Below, piece by piece: positions 1 through 14,818 of a DNA stretch of 64,000 bases. Positions within the stretch are counted from its first letter, which is position 1, and each line of letters starts with the position of its first letter. Position numbers and translations under genes: made by a program. The DNA is taken from the NCBI GenBank assembly GCA_964016885.1, contig OZ024741.1, forward strand, positions 173,786,001-173,850,000, given 5' to 3'. The notes beneath the pieces were generated by a model. It saw nothing but the letters and a program-made list of their open reading frames with translations. It did not search any database and was not told the origin of the DNA. This DNA comes from Eledone cirrhosa (Eukaryota).

Positions 1-38
1 ACACACACACACACACATACACACACACACACACACAT

Positions 39-512
39 ATTTGTTGTGAAAGAGTCATTTCTCAATCTTGGCGCAAAACCAATTTTTTATCCACATGACC
101 TCTACCGACCAATCAAAATTGTTTTGACCAAGAATTTTTGCTGGAGCCACTTTTTTAACATAAAAACAGTCTTGGCGCAAAATCAACTTTTTACATTCAC
201 ATGACCTCTACCGACCAATCAAAATTATATTGACCACAAGCATTTTTGCAACACAAAAATAACGCTGGAGCCACTTTTTTAACATAAAAACAGGTAGAAT
301 TCCCAAAACTAATCAGATCAGAGCAAACAGCACGGACACTCTATCTCAAAATTATTTTTGAAAAGCATTTAGAAATGCGCAACCGGTAAAAACTTAAAAA
401 CTTAAAACCACAACTGAATACTAACCCATACAATCACTAATACTCTTTTATTCCTAATTAAACCATTTTTCAACTGTGAACAATTTGTCAGCATTTTCTA
501 TTCCGTTTACCA
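39..512 (+). repeat. Non-coding repeat family A (PLE terminal-repeat-like) with internal ~105-125 bp tandem duplication
   Basis: tcttggcgcaaaa...taaaaacag occurs at 67-169 and 170-293; 321-512 matches 56253-56434; ends in (TA)n; HHR-like motif at 358-388. Confidence 0.7.
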
Positions 513-878
<366 letters not shown>

Positions 879-960
879 TAAGATAAGCAGAACAAGTAAA
901 ATTCAATCAATTTTTCAAAATACATTAAAAAATATAATATAAATATTTACCTCTTCTAGT

Positions 961-1046
961 GGCCCTTACTGATCAGTTTCGCTTTGTAAAACCTCATAAA
1001 TCCGATGGATTCATGATGGAAAACCAAAGCTCATCAGAGAAGCATT
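961..1046 (-). ncRNA. Type I hammerhead ribozyme, family B (inverted copy)
   Basis: Reverse complement of the motif at 1697-1780. Confidence 0.8.
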
Positions 1047-1696
1047 TTCCCATCCTAGGGCTAAACGTCCCAGGAACGACAAAATATACAACCTCCTGCC
1101 AGCTAATAAAGGTCTGAAAGGTCGTAAAAGTGACCCGTATGTAAACTGGACCGAAGTAAAAGCGGGAAAATCAAAGACTTGCTGTCTACAATTACTACTA
1201 AAGAAATAGCAGCCTAGTAAAGCAACAGATTTGTTCTCAACGGACGGAGAAAAAGGTATAAGTTAATATGTCCAGTAAACTGATCAGTAAGGGCCACTAG
1301 AAGAGGTAAATATTTATATTATATTTTTTAATGTATTTTGAAAAATTGATTGAATTTTACTTGTTCTGCTTATCTTAATATTAAAGTTCTGGTGTATCAA
1401 ATTAACACCATTGAACAACCCTGAATCATAGACAACCTATGTATTTCTAGGGGTACCTAGTATCCCTGGACATATTAACTTATACCTTTTTCTCCGTCCG
1501 TTGAGAACAAATCTGTTGCTTTACTAGGCTGCTATTTCTTTAGTAGTAATTGTAGACAGCAAGTCTTTGATTTTCCCGCTTTTACTTCGGTCCAGTTTAC
1601 ATACGGGTCACTTTTACGACCTTTCAGACCTTTATTAGCTGGCAGGAGGTTGTATATTTTGTCGTTCCTGGGACGTTTAGCCCTAGGATGGGAAAA

Positions 1697-1780
1697 TGCT
1701 TCTCTGATGAGCTTTGGTTTTCCATCATGAATCCATCGGATTTATGAGGTTTTACAAAGCGAAACTGATCAGTAAGGGCC
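1697..1780 (+). ncRNA. Type I hammerhead ribozyme, family B
   Basis: CTGATGA 1704-1710; stem II gctttg/caaagc with inner tcatgaatcc/ggatttatga; GAAA 1761-1764; palindromic ctgatcag; GUA site at 1772-1774; stem I wobble-rich. Confidence 0.82.
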
Positions 1781-1965
1781 ACTAGAAGAGGTAAATATTT
1801 ATATTATATTTTTTAATGTATTTTGAAAAATTGATTGAATTTTACTTGTTCTGCTTATCTTAATATTAAAGTTCTGGTGTATCAAATTAACACCATTGAA
1901 CAACCCTGAATCATAGACAACCTATGTATTTCTAGGGGTACCTAGTATCCCTGGACATATTAACT

Positions 1966-4669
<2,704 letters not shown>

Positions 4670-4710
4670 CGATATTAAACAAATGGAAACTATATTTATA
4701 AAACCATATT

Positions 4711-4776
4711 TATTTCATTATATATATTTCTGGGATATCATATTAAAAATATGGTATGCCTTCCTCAGACAAAATA
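4711..4776 (-). ncRNA. Type I hammerhead ribozyme, family C
   Basis: Minus strand: tattttgt CTGAGGA a-ggcat-accatatt-ttt-aatatgatatccca GAAA tatata TA atgaaata. Confidence 0.75.
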
Positions 4777-6120
4777 CAATATATAAGCCGTTTTATAAAT
4801 AAATTTGACATACCTTAAAATAATGCAACTTCCATTTAAAAAGTTGATTTGGTAGTGAAACTGTTAAGGACAGTTATAAAGAAAGACGAAGAAAAACGAA
4901 GAGAAAAAACGAAGAGAAAAAAAAGAAGGAAAGTGTATAGTGCTAACGACGAAGAGAAGAAGAAAGAGAGTGTATAGTGCTAAGGACAGTTAGAGAAGAA
5001 GATGAAGAGATGTATGTAAAGAAAAACAACAGAGCGAGATAGAGAGAGAAGGAGATATGGGAGAGAGAAATATATTGAGGAAGTGAAAAATGGTAGGCAG
5101 CTTGGGGACAGATGATCAGCGTACAAGTGAGAGGTTAAGGAGGGAAGGGATACAGTTAAAACAGCCGACACATAAATCACGTCAAGTGTAGAGGAGAAAA
5201 AGAAAGAAAAATGATATATTTAAAATATTATGTCTCATCCATTTGAATTATCAATTTTTATGAATTAGGTATTATAATGTAAATATCAATATTCATGAAT
5301 GAGACACATATCCATAATGTGTGAAAAAATGAAAAAATAAAAAAATAATGACCCCATGTTTAGTTTAAAAATTCTTAGGTTTATAAGCAAAATCTGAGAT
5401 AAAACTTCAAAAATACATAAGTATATATGCATTTTCATGAAAAAAGGAAAAAGAGAAAAGAGAAGGTTATCTCAAATTCAAGTTGACAATTATAGACACA
5501 CATGTGAACTTACGTGATATGCTCCGCAAATTCTTATTTTTCATGAAAATCTTCATTGCGTTACAAAAGATTCCACCATACATATATGTACATACATATA
5601 TATATAGACATAAAATATACATTAATATTAATAGTAATATTCTTGCCCTCACTTACATGATTATCGTTCAAGCATAGAATAGACAACAGATATCAATATA
5701 TTAAAAATTAAAAACGCCAAGAATATCTTCATCACTCCCCAGAGTATCTAGGGACGTAAGAGAACATAGTATGCCACGCATATCAATCACATAAAACCAC
5801 CCTTCCAATTTATTTGACAATATATTGTCAAGTTCATTAGAAGCAATCAGAATCAAAAGCAAACAAAAACCAAAATTGTTCAACAAAACTTATTTAGCAG
5901 AAATCATTCAAAAACTTATTCTACAAATGCTCTTATATTTATTATAGAAGTTTATCTAGCTTAAAAATGTATTCAATAGATTGGGAACATCGCCATTTTA
6001 GGGTAGTTTAATTAATCTCATTAATTATATATTCATGCAGAAAGGTTTTAAAAAAAATTGAAGGAATCGAAAGATTTATCGCCAAGTTTCATAAATAGTT
6101 AAATATCTTAAGTAAATATA

Positions 6121-6789
6121 CTACATTTTAAATTTATATTTATATTTAAAAGTTGAGTTCAATCTATGTCTGCAGCAGCTGAATAAATTGGTCCGTAAAT
6201 TAAGGGAATTTTTAGATTTTAGTATAAAGAATATCTCCTCCGCGCAGAGGTCACATGTCTCAGAAGAGGAATTAAAAGGAATCCCTTTTGAGACTATATT
6301 CCAAACCATCGAATATCCAACTTTATCATGTTTAAGTTGCCAGAGTAAGCCTGATAGTGATGTTGAAGATTTTTTATTTGGATCCGTGAAAGAATTCTTG
6401 TGATTATTATAGCGAAGTTTAAATTCTGTCGAGGTGGAACCAACATAATTAAAAGAATTTAAGTCAGTTTTAACATTACAGTTGTATATTATATTTTTAA
6501 CTAAGCAATTGTTATTTAGCGGACATTTAGATCTATCTCTACAGTTACAGTTGTTTACTTGAATATTGTTTAGGCTATTTTCGGTATTTTGGCTAGGTTT
6601 TAGATTCCTATTATTTATTCTATTAATATTTTGTGCTAAATTTTTGGTGGACGAGTATGTTAATTTTATAGTATGTCTATTGAAAATTGAGTGATACTTA
6701 TGTGTTCTAGGGAAGCGTTTGTCAGGAGCATTAAAAAATAGTTTAGCGATGTGGGTTTTAATGTTTAGTGAGAAAGGGGGGGGGGGCAA
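6121..6789 (-). pseudogene. PLE linker + GIY-YIG endonuclease (frameshifted from the RT frame at a G11 run, 6776-6786)
   Basis: CNCRDRSKCPLNNNC, IIY...YVG, FKLRYNNH, CDLCAEE, LN motifs; homologous to the C-terminal half of ORF 46890-48527. Confidence 0.9.
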
Positions 6790-8141
6790 ACCATATTATA
6801 TTTCTAGTTCTATTTCTTTTCTGGTTTTTGGAATTATTGTAATGCTTTCTATTATAGTTGTTAAAGTTGTTACCGTAATTAAAATTGTTGTTATTTTGGT
6901 TAGTTTGTCTATTATCGATGTACATAATTTTATCACTATATCCTGCTCTAGCTAACGCTTCATTATAATACTGGGCTTTTTCGTCAAAAATATTTTTATT
7001 GGATGAGATTCTAGAGATACGTTTTTGAACAGAGTTCACTATAGTATTTTTGACAGAACTGGGGTGATTGGAGCTAAAATTGACATAATTCAAGTTTTCA
7101 TTTAACTTGTGAAATGGATAGTGAAGACATGTGTTGAGATTTAATGTTACGTCTAGGAAATTGACTATTCTATGGTTATTCTCAATTTCTATTTTTAGAT
7201 TAAGGTAATTAAAAAATTGTATAATTTGTTTTCTTTTTCTATTTAGTTCAGAGTTATTATTTTCAATAAGTAAAAGCATGTCATCTCTATATAAACCTCC
7301 GGTAACACCGGGTATTTTCCTATGCAGCGAATTAATTATAAATAGGCCCACAAGGTCCGTTACCTGAGCTGAGTCTGATGATCCCATAGTAATGTCGAAA
7401 TTATTATCTCTATCTGCCCTAGTCCATAGTTGGTTATTAAATTCTATCAATGTTTTCCTTGCCGATAATATAATGTGCATTCCATTGCTAGTTAGGTCTG
7501 TATGTTTGAATACGTAATTTAGTGCCTTATTTAGTAGATTAGGGGTAATGGATGAATAGTAGTTAGCAATATCTAGTTGAATAAATTTATTATTATTGTT
7601 ATATTTAATTTCATTAAACCACTCAATGACCTCCCCAGTTCCCTTCCACAAGGTCAAGTTAGGTAAACAATTCAAGTCCTTAATTTTCTGTATCACCCTG
7701 TCTAGAATGTTCTTGCTAAGTTTACCCAGGTCAGATTTTGATGGTGCAATCAATCTGACTGGCAAGTCATTTTCAAAATTTCTTTTGTGATCTTTCATAT
7801 TGATCTTGGGTTTCCTGGGCACGAAAGGTTGTGTTTTGTTATCAATTTCCAACTCATGCATTATACAAGATGCCTCAACATTCATTTTCTCAAGTTCAGC
7901 CTTATCTGCTACCTTGTACTTTTTCCTTAGTTCTTTCAGTATGAGGCCATTATACATGTCTTTTTCCACTCCATAGAGGTTGTTGGTTTTGTCCGATTTC
8001 ACCAAGATCTTCTCTGTTCTCTCTAAGCTCACAATATTATCCTTAATGCTTTTCAGATATTCCTGACCATTGAAGTTTCTTTTGAATTTGACTCCTTGTA
8101 TGATAGAGATTATATCGTTTTCAAAATCAGTTAAAAGTTTG
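6758..8141 (-). pseudogene. PLE reverse transcriptase (5'-truncated at a TA tract)
   Basis: KSDKTNN, KDHK, PVRLI, LDIANYYSSI, FDITMGSSDSA, GLYRDD, NFLDVTL, SNHP motifs. Confidence 0.92.
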
Positions 8142-8153
8142 TATATATAAAAG

Positions 8154-8185
<32 letters not shown>

Positions 8186-8186
<1 letters not shown>

Positions 8187-9353
8187 CGGCGATGAATTAG
8201 TTTAGCGAGGTTTTTTATATGAAATCGTGTGTCGAAACAGATATTGTTATATTTGGGGAGGGTCATATTTGCGTAATATTGCCAGAATTAATAACAGAAC
8301 ACACTCACTGTTTGGTTGGTTTTCGCTTCTCGCTGTCTTTTATATCTGCGATCTAACTTACTCGGTCCTCAATGTTGCCATTGACTGACCGGCGGTCAAA
8401 AATATAATACAGATACAATATAGACACAAACACATATATATAGTTTACATAATTTACATAAATCTTTCGTTGCACATCTGCAACATCGTCAGTGGTGTTA
8501 TATTCATTGTTCCTCCTGTTGTGTTGTATGTCTACGCCATTTTTTATTCAGTCTGTCTATATATTTATTTATTTATTTGCTTGTTTGTTTATCTTATTTA
8601 TTTTGTCTTCTTTGCGCATGCGTTTGCGTGTGTGTGTATAGTGTTATGTGTGATGTGTGACTAGTGTGTATAGTGTTGTGTCTGCTGGGTGACTAGTGTG
8701 TGTTTATGTGCTTGTTGTTATTGTGCTTGTGTATGTGTTTATTTATCTTATTTTATTTTATTTACTTATTTATACTTCTCTTAGGTCAGTGTTGTTTGTT
8801 TGGGTGTTGTTGTTGTTCCACTCATTCTTTATGTTTTGCTTTGGTCTTCTAATTTCTATTTCACTGGCCTCTCTGATTTGCCTATCTGCTGGGTCATTCC
8901 TATGTTTAGATATTATTCTAATTTCTATGTTGTCTATGTTACTGTCATGTTGTTGTCTAGCATGTTCGTATAGTACTGACCCGTTTTTTCGTCCTTTTAG
9001 TTCCCCCAGTGTTGGTCTATCCTCTCACCTATGCTACGAGCTGTCTCACATATGTATGTTGTTGTCATGTTTCTGCAAATACCCTTTGTACATCTTATGC
9101 TATAGACTACGTTTCTAGTTTTACAGTTTATCCGGGGGGTTCACCTTACATATGATACATTTCCTATTGTTACAGTGGGTTTTCTTAAAAGGGTAGGTTT
9201 TGCTGATCAGGGATTTTATGGTGGTTCCTGGCTTTTCTACCACCTTAATTTTTAAGTGGGTCTTTCTCAGGGCCTTTCTACACTGGTTAGCTAATTTCCC
9301 TCCAGGGGTAGCTTCCACAAACATGACACTCTGATATCTCTGGTTGTCGTACC
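8186..9353 (-). mobile_element. 3' fragment of a second PLE type: degenerate linker + GIY-YIG and 3' UTR
   Basis: [14 protein letters not shown]..., [15 protein letters not shown], then SVLYEHARQQH...RQIREASEI...NIKNEW read manually at 9000-8817; stops and frameshifts present. Confidence 0.8.
8401..8504 (-). ncRNA. Degenerate hammerhead-like motif in PLE 3' UTR
   Basis: CTGACGA (8486-8492) t-gttgca-gatg-tgcaac GAAA is clear; stem III, cleavage site and stem I do not close cleanly. Confidence 0.45.
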
Positions 9354-9369
9354 ATATATACATATATAA

Positions 9370-9545
<176 letters not shown>

Positions 9546-9546
9546 G

Positions 9547-9667
<121 letters not shown>

Positions 9668-9678
9668 TATATATATAT

Positions 9679-10117
9679 AATGAAGGTTTAGCAAATAAGA
9701 AAAAGTTTCAAAAATAAATTTTTGAAAATTAACTTTCCTCACTATGGTTACCTTTACCGAAACGGTTTCGAGTCTCAAAAATAAATGGACAGTCCTTACG
9801 GCATCCATTGCAAAGATAAACTCTCGTCAGAAGGATCTTTTCACTCGGAGAATATAAAATTCCCGAGTTCAAATTACGAACTGGCGCTATTCAAAATTGT
9901 TCCCGAGATGAGAATAAATGATGTGAGAGCAATTCCTTCAAGTGCCGTGTGTAAAGATAGAAGCAAAGGCAGGGAGGTCAGTCAACTACCACTATAACTA
10001 GCAGCAGTCAGAACGACCAAATTTTTTCTCGACCAAGAGGAGAGTAATAATAAAGTATACATATCCATACACGCACAAAGCGATTAGGGAAACATGTATT
10101 GTCCAACCATATGCATA
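9679..10117 (-). mobile_element. Family K ~440-bp non-coding HHR element between TA tracts
   Basis: Unique island flanked by TA tracts 9354-9678 and 10118-10605; contains an HHR. Confidence 0.7.
9751..9834 (-). ncRNA. Type I hammerhead ribozyme, family K
   Basis: Minus strand: cctt CTGACGA gagttt...atgga..tccat...agactc GAAA ccg-ttt-cgg TA aagg. Confidence 0.82.
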
Positions 10118-10134
10118 TGTATATATATATATAC

Positions 10135-10181
<47 letters not shown>

Positions 10182-10210
10182 TATATACAGATATATATAT
10201 ATATATATAT

Positions 10211-10317
<107 letters not shown>

Positions 10318-10320
10318 TAC

Positions 10321-10490
<170 letters not shown>

Positions 10491-10767
10491 GTACATATAT
10501 ATATATATATAGATATATATATATATGTACATATATATATATAGATATAGATATATATGTACATATATATATTTACACACACATATATATATACATATAT
10601 ATATATGGAGGAGGTTATAGTTCACTTGAAGCATTGTGTAATGAGGTATAAACGTTAGAATATGTGTAATAAGGCCAAGACAATGCAGATATGGACATAG
10701 AAAAAAGAATGCAATAGTGAAAGATATTGATGTGAATTCGTCTTTCACCTTGAATTTATTTAAATGT

Positions 10768-10802
10768 CCTTAATTTTCGAGATAATATCTCTTCTTCGGA
10801 GG
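10768..10802 (-). ncRNA. Candidate minimal hammerhead variant (CCGAAGA core)
   Basis: Minus strand: cct CCGAAGA a-gagat-att-atctc GAAA at TA agg; stems I and III very short. Confidence 0.35.
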
Positions 10803-10828
10803 GAAGTAAAGGTCTCAGACCAGCGTCT

Positions 10829-13369
10829 TCAAATCTCTAATGAAGCCATGGAAGTCATGGGTTTGGCATAATGGGAATGGGGGATTTGTTTTTTGTTATT
10901 AATGGTATCTAACCAGAGCTCTGTGTCTAGTACAGGTAATCGATGGTTGGGGTGTTTACTTGGGTAGTCTATAGTAACTCTAATGCTTTGGTGGATGGAG
11001 TTAGCTATTTGCTGGATGCTTTCCATTGTGTTTTTCTCTAGTTCCTGACTGTTCTCTAGTGGGGGTGTCTTAACTACGATGTTTATATCATCAACGTAGC
11101 GGGAGTACATTATCAGGGTTAAGGGGTCTTCTAATTGTTCTTTAAGCTTATGTTTAAGTCTACTGTCCCACCATACCATGAATAAGTTAGCTATGTCGCC
11201 TCCAATGCTAACACCAATGGCTGCTCCTTCCTCTTGGGCACATGTTTTTCCATTAAATTTGAACATATGTTCCTTAAGGGTTAGTTTTATGCTGGCCCCT
11301 ACCGCATGTGCAATCATTTTCTTCAGTTCAACGTGGTTTTCGTGTGTCCGTATGGCTCTGGTCCACCCGTTCCATCTATCTGTGTGGGTTTTCTTGGCCA
11401 TTGAGGTAATGGTAGGTGGTCTGCCTCTTGCTGGTCTTGTAGGGCACAGGTTGCTAAGGTCATATGTGTCTAGGTAATTATTACTATAGGTAAGTTTAAG
11501 TAGGAGTCCCAACTCACTGGTATCAATCCCACGGAACTCAACATTGCTCTCACTGATCATTTCTACGCACTTCTCCACAGCAAAATCCACGTCAATAGAT
11601 GGATACAGGGACACAACATCCATACTACCTATTATGCAGTTTGTTAGGTCCCTAGATCGGTTACTCACGCCGATTCTGCTGAGGAGGTCCTCCATGCTGT
11701 CACATACATCTGGGGACATTTCAATAATGGGGCGTATGATCAGGGAGAGGAAGTAGGACAGTCTGTAGATACTAGCAATGTTAGCTCCACAGACTGGCCG
11801 TGTTGGTGGTCCCGCGACAGGGTCACTGCCCGTTTTATGGTCTTTTCGAAGCCCATACAACGCCGGCACGTCATTGTTCCAGGCCTGGAAGTTGTTGGCA
11901 GTCCTTTTGTTGGGCTGCATTATATTCGTCCACATCACCATATGGGCATTGAGGGCTTTTTCTCTATCCTCATGCTCCTGTGGTGTTACCTCTCTTGTGT
12001 TAGTGATGTGGGGTTGCATTGCCTGGATGTAGTTTGGCAGGCTGTCAACCGACATTCTGCCAGACTTGTCTGTTGGAAAGCATGCTATCTCTCCATTACG
12101 CGAGCGCTGCATGAGCTTACGCAAGCCATTTGCAGATTTTTCTCCCAGTTGCTGGGCCTCCATTCTATTATGCTTCTTGCTATACTGTTCTATAATATTT
12201 CTAAGTTCGGATCTAGCTATACTAAATTGTGCTTCTGTTTGTTCATCGACCTGCGACGGCAATTGCGTGCGTTTGTTAAATGGTAAAGTCGTGGCGTGGA
12301 CTCGTCGCAGGTCGAACGATTTATCCGAGGGATTATAAAAACTAGAGTTCCAGGCTGCTGCTTTATGTGTACTAGTGCTATTGTTATTGTTAGTTGTGTT
12401 GTTTCTATTTCTATTTCCACCAACAGCCTCATGGTTGTTTCTATGTCTCTCATAATTACTCCTGTCTCTTTCCACTGGCTCATTGTTGTTATCTACCCTA
12501 TTTTGTGTGTCTGTGTGTTCGTCTTGGTTATTTTCTTTGTCCTTAGTCTCCCTTCTCCTTTTAATCCTATTACTTTCCCTTATTTCTGTGATTTCTGTGC
12601 TACTGTCATTACTTGTTTTCTGTGTCTGTGTGTTTGTTAAGATTGTGGTGGTGGTGAGAGGCATTGAATGTGTGTGTGTTGTTGTTGTTGATGTGTGCTG
12701 TTGTTGATGTGTGTTGTTGTTGTCTCCGTGTGTGTTATTATTGTTGTGTATGTTGTTATTGTTGTTTGTGTCTGCGTGTCTGTTGTTGTTGTTTCTAGGT
12801 ATGTTGTTATTGTTGTTGTTGTTGGTGTGTGTGTTGTTGTTATTGTTGTTTGTGTCTGTGTGTCTGTTGTTGTTGGGATGTGTGTTGTATATGTGTGTGC
12901 GTATATTGCTGCTTTCGTTTTTGTTTTTGTTTTTGTTTTTGAGGCTCCAGCGTAGTTTTGTAAATGATTTTTCTATTTCTGACAGACAACTAATCATATT
13001 TACCTTCTTGAATGTCGCAAATTTCGGGGGTAGACATAATACAGATAACTCATCATTATCTATTTTTGTGTTGCCGTATATATTTCTGTTGTTGTTGTTG
13101 TTGAACTCATCTGTTAATGAGGTGTCGGCCATATTTATACCGTCAATTTTGTCGGGATATCTATTGGTATTCTCTATAGTATCCTGATTTAGCTTTATCT
13201 GCTTAAGCCACTTTAGTTTCTTGTTAAAGTGCTTATCACATTCTTCAGTAATGTACTGTTCTTCAGGACGTATAAGGCTTATAAATATTAGTTTCTCTCT
13301 TGGTGTTGTGATCCTAGCTATTTCTTGTATTAGGTTACGCTTATGTTTTTCTTGATGATCTATAGAGAA
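10829..13369 (-). pseudogene. PLE ORF: N-terminal domain, Asn/Thr/His-rich linker and RYVDD-type reverse transcriptase; truncated in the thumb region
   Basis: PTDKSG, LYGLRKDHK, PTRPV, GSMDVVSLYPSI, QEEGAAIG, YSRYVDD, LPVLD, HYAKPM; frame stays open upstream of the ATG to 13369 (...HFNKKLKWL...). Confidence 0.9.
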
Positions 13370-13374
13370 TTAAG

Positions 13375-13540
13375 TCATTGTCCTTCAGTACATCTTATGC
13401 TATATACTACATTTCTAGTTTTACAGTTAATATGGGGGCTTAATTTACAGATTATACATTTCTTATCTATACAGGGAGGTCTTTGAAAGGGGTATGTATT
13501 GCTAATAAGTGTTTTTATGGAGGTACCTGGTCTTTCTGTT
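13375..13540 (-). pseudogene. Fragment of PLE linker/GIY-YIG start
   Basis: Manual translation [52 protein letters not shown], homologous to 9090-9240. Confidence 0.8.
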
Positions 13541-13567
13541 CAACACCTTTTTGTTCAACACTGACAC

Positions 13568-13620
13568 AGGAACGATATACTAGTTTCAAGCCTATTAGCT
13601 ATCGTCAGCATCGTATACCT
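13568..13620 (-). ncRNA. Minimal type I hammerhead ribozyme, family D
   Basis: Minus strand: acgatg CTGACGA t-agct-aata-ggct-t GAAA ctag TA tatcgt. Confidence 0.8.
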
Positions 13621-14451
13621 TCCTGCCAGATGGTTGAATGTCTGAAAGTATATACTTTCCTTATGCATATTAACGGCTGAGCAGCCTAATTTGCATATCG
13701 AGTGAGTTCAGTCGGCCTGGCACACCGAAAACGATAAATGGAATAGAATGAAACGAAATTTCATTTCTCACTCTTAGTACGGCACTTACTTAAATGTAAG
13801 TATGTATGTATGTATGTATACAGACGTACAGTAGTATGTATATATATATATACACATGCACACATATGTATATGCACGTATCGGTTTACCGAACATTTAT
13901 AATAATGCTCGGTTTGTTTGTTTGTAAACAAACAAACAGCCCGATTTACGCCGTACAGTGTGTAGGCAACCACGTCACCTTTTTGTTCAACACTAACACA
14001 GGAACTCAGCCGTTAATATGCATAAGGAAAGTATATACTCTCAGACGCTCAACCATCTGGCAGGAAGATATACGATGCTGACGATAGCTAATAAGCTTGA
14101 CACTAGTTCACGGTTTGTTTGTTTACAAACAAACAAACCGAGCATTATAATAAATGTTCGGTAAACTGATACGTGCATATATATATGTGTGCATGTGTGT
14201 ATATATATACTTACTACTCTACGTCTGTATACATATATGTATGTACGTATACATACATACATACATACATACTTACATTTAAGTAAGTGCCGTACTAAGG
14301 GTGAGAAATGTAATTTCGTTTCATTCTATTCCATTTATCGTTTTCGGTGTGCCCGGCCGACTGAACTAACTCGATATGCAAATTAGGCTGCTCAGCCGTT
14401 AATATGCATAAGGAAAGTATATACTTTCAGACGTTCAACCATCTGGCAGGA

Positions 14452-14504
14452 AGGTATACGATGCTGACGATAGCTAATAGGCTTGAAACTAGTACATCGT
14501 TCCT
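14452..14504 (+). ncRNA. Minimal type I hammerhead ribozyme, family D
   Basis: acgatg CTGACGA(14464-14470) t-agct-aata-ggct-t GAAA(14485-14488) ctag TA catcgt; broken sister copy at 14072-14107 (GACA). Confidence 0.85.
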
Positions 14505-14711
14505 GTGTCAGTGTTGAACAAAAAGGTGACGTGGTTGCCTAAACACTGTACGGCGTAATTCGGGCTGTTTGTTTGCTTACAAACAAACCGACCATTATGA
14601 TAAATGTTCGGTAAACCGATACGTGCATATATGTGTGCATGTGTGTATATATATATACATACTACTGTACGTCTGTATACATATAAGTATGTACGTATAC
14701 ATACATACATA

Positions 14712-14817
<106 letters not shown>

Positions 14818-14818
14818 T

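Larger units (their letters stand above)
4670..8141 (-). mobile_element. Penelope-like retroelement, 5'-truncated (GLYRDD-type RT + GIY-YIG, ~1.45-kb 3' UTR ending in an HHR)
   Basis: RT and endonuclease ORFs listed below; 3' UTR homologous to 18368-19140; bounded by TA tracts. Confidence 0.9.

Noticed and set aside
8142-8266. MTLPKY... as the true N-terminus of the 502-aa RT ORF
   Set aside because: Joined to the RT only through a TA tract (8142-8185); belongs to the neighbouring element, so the fusion is fortuitous
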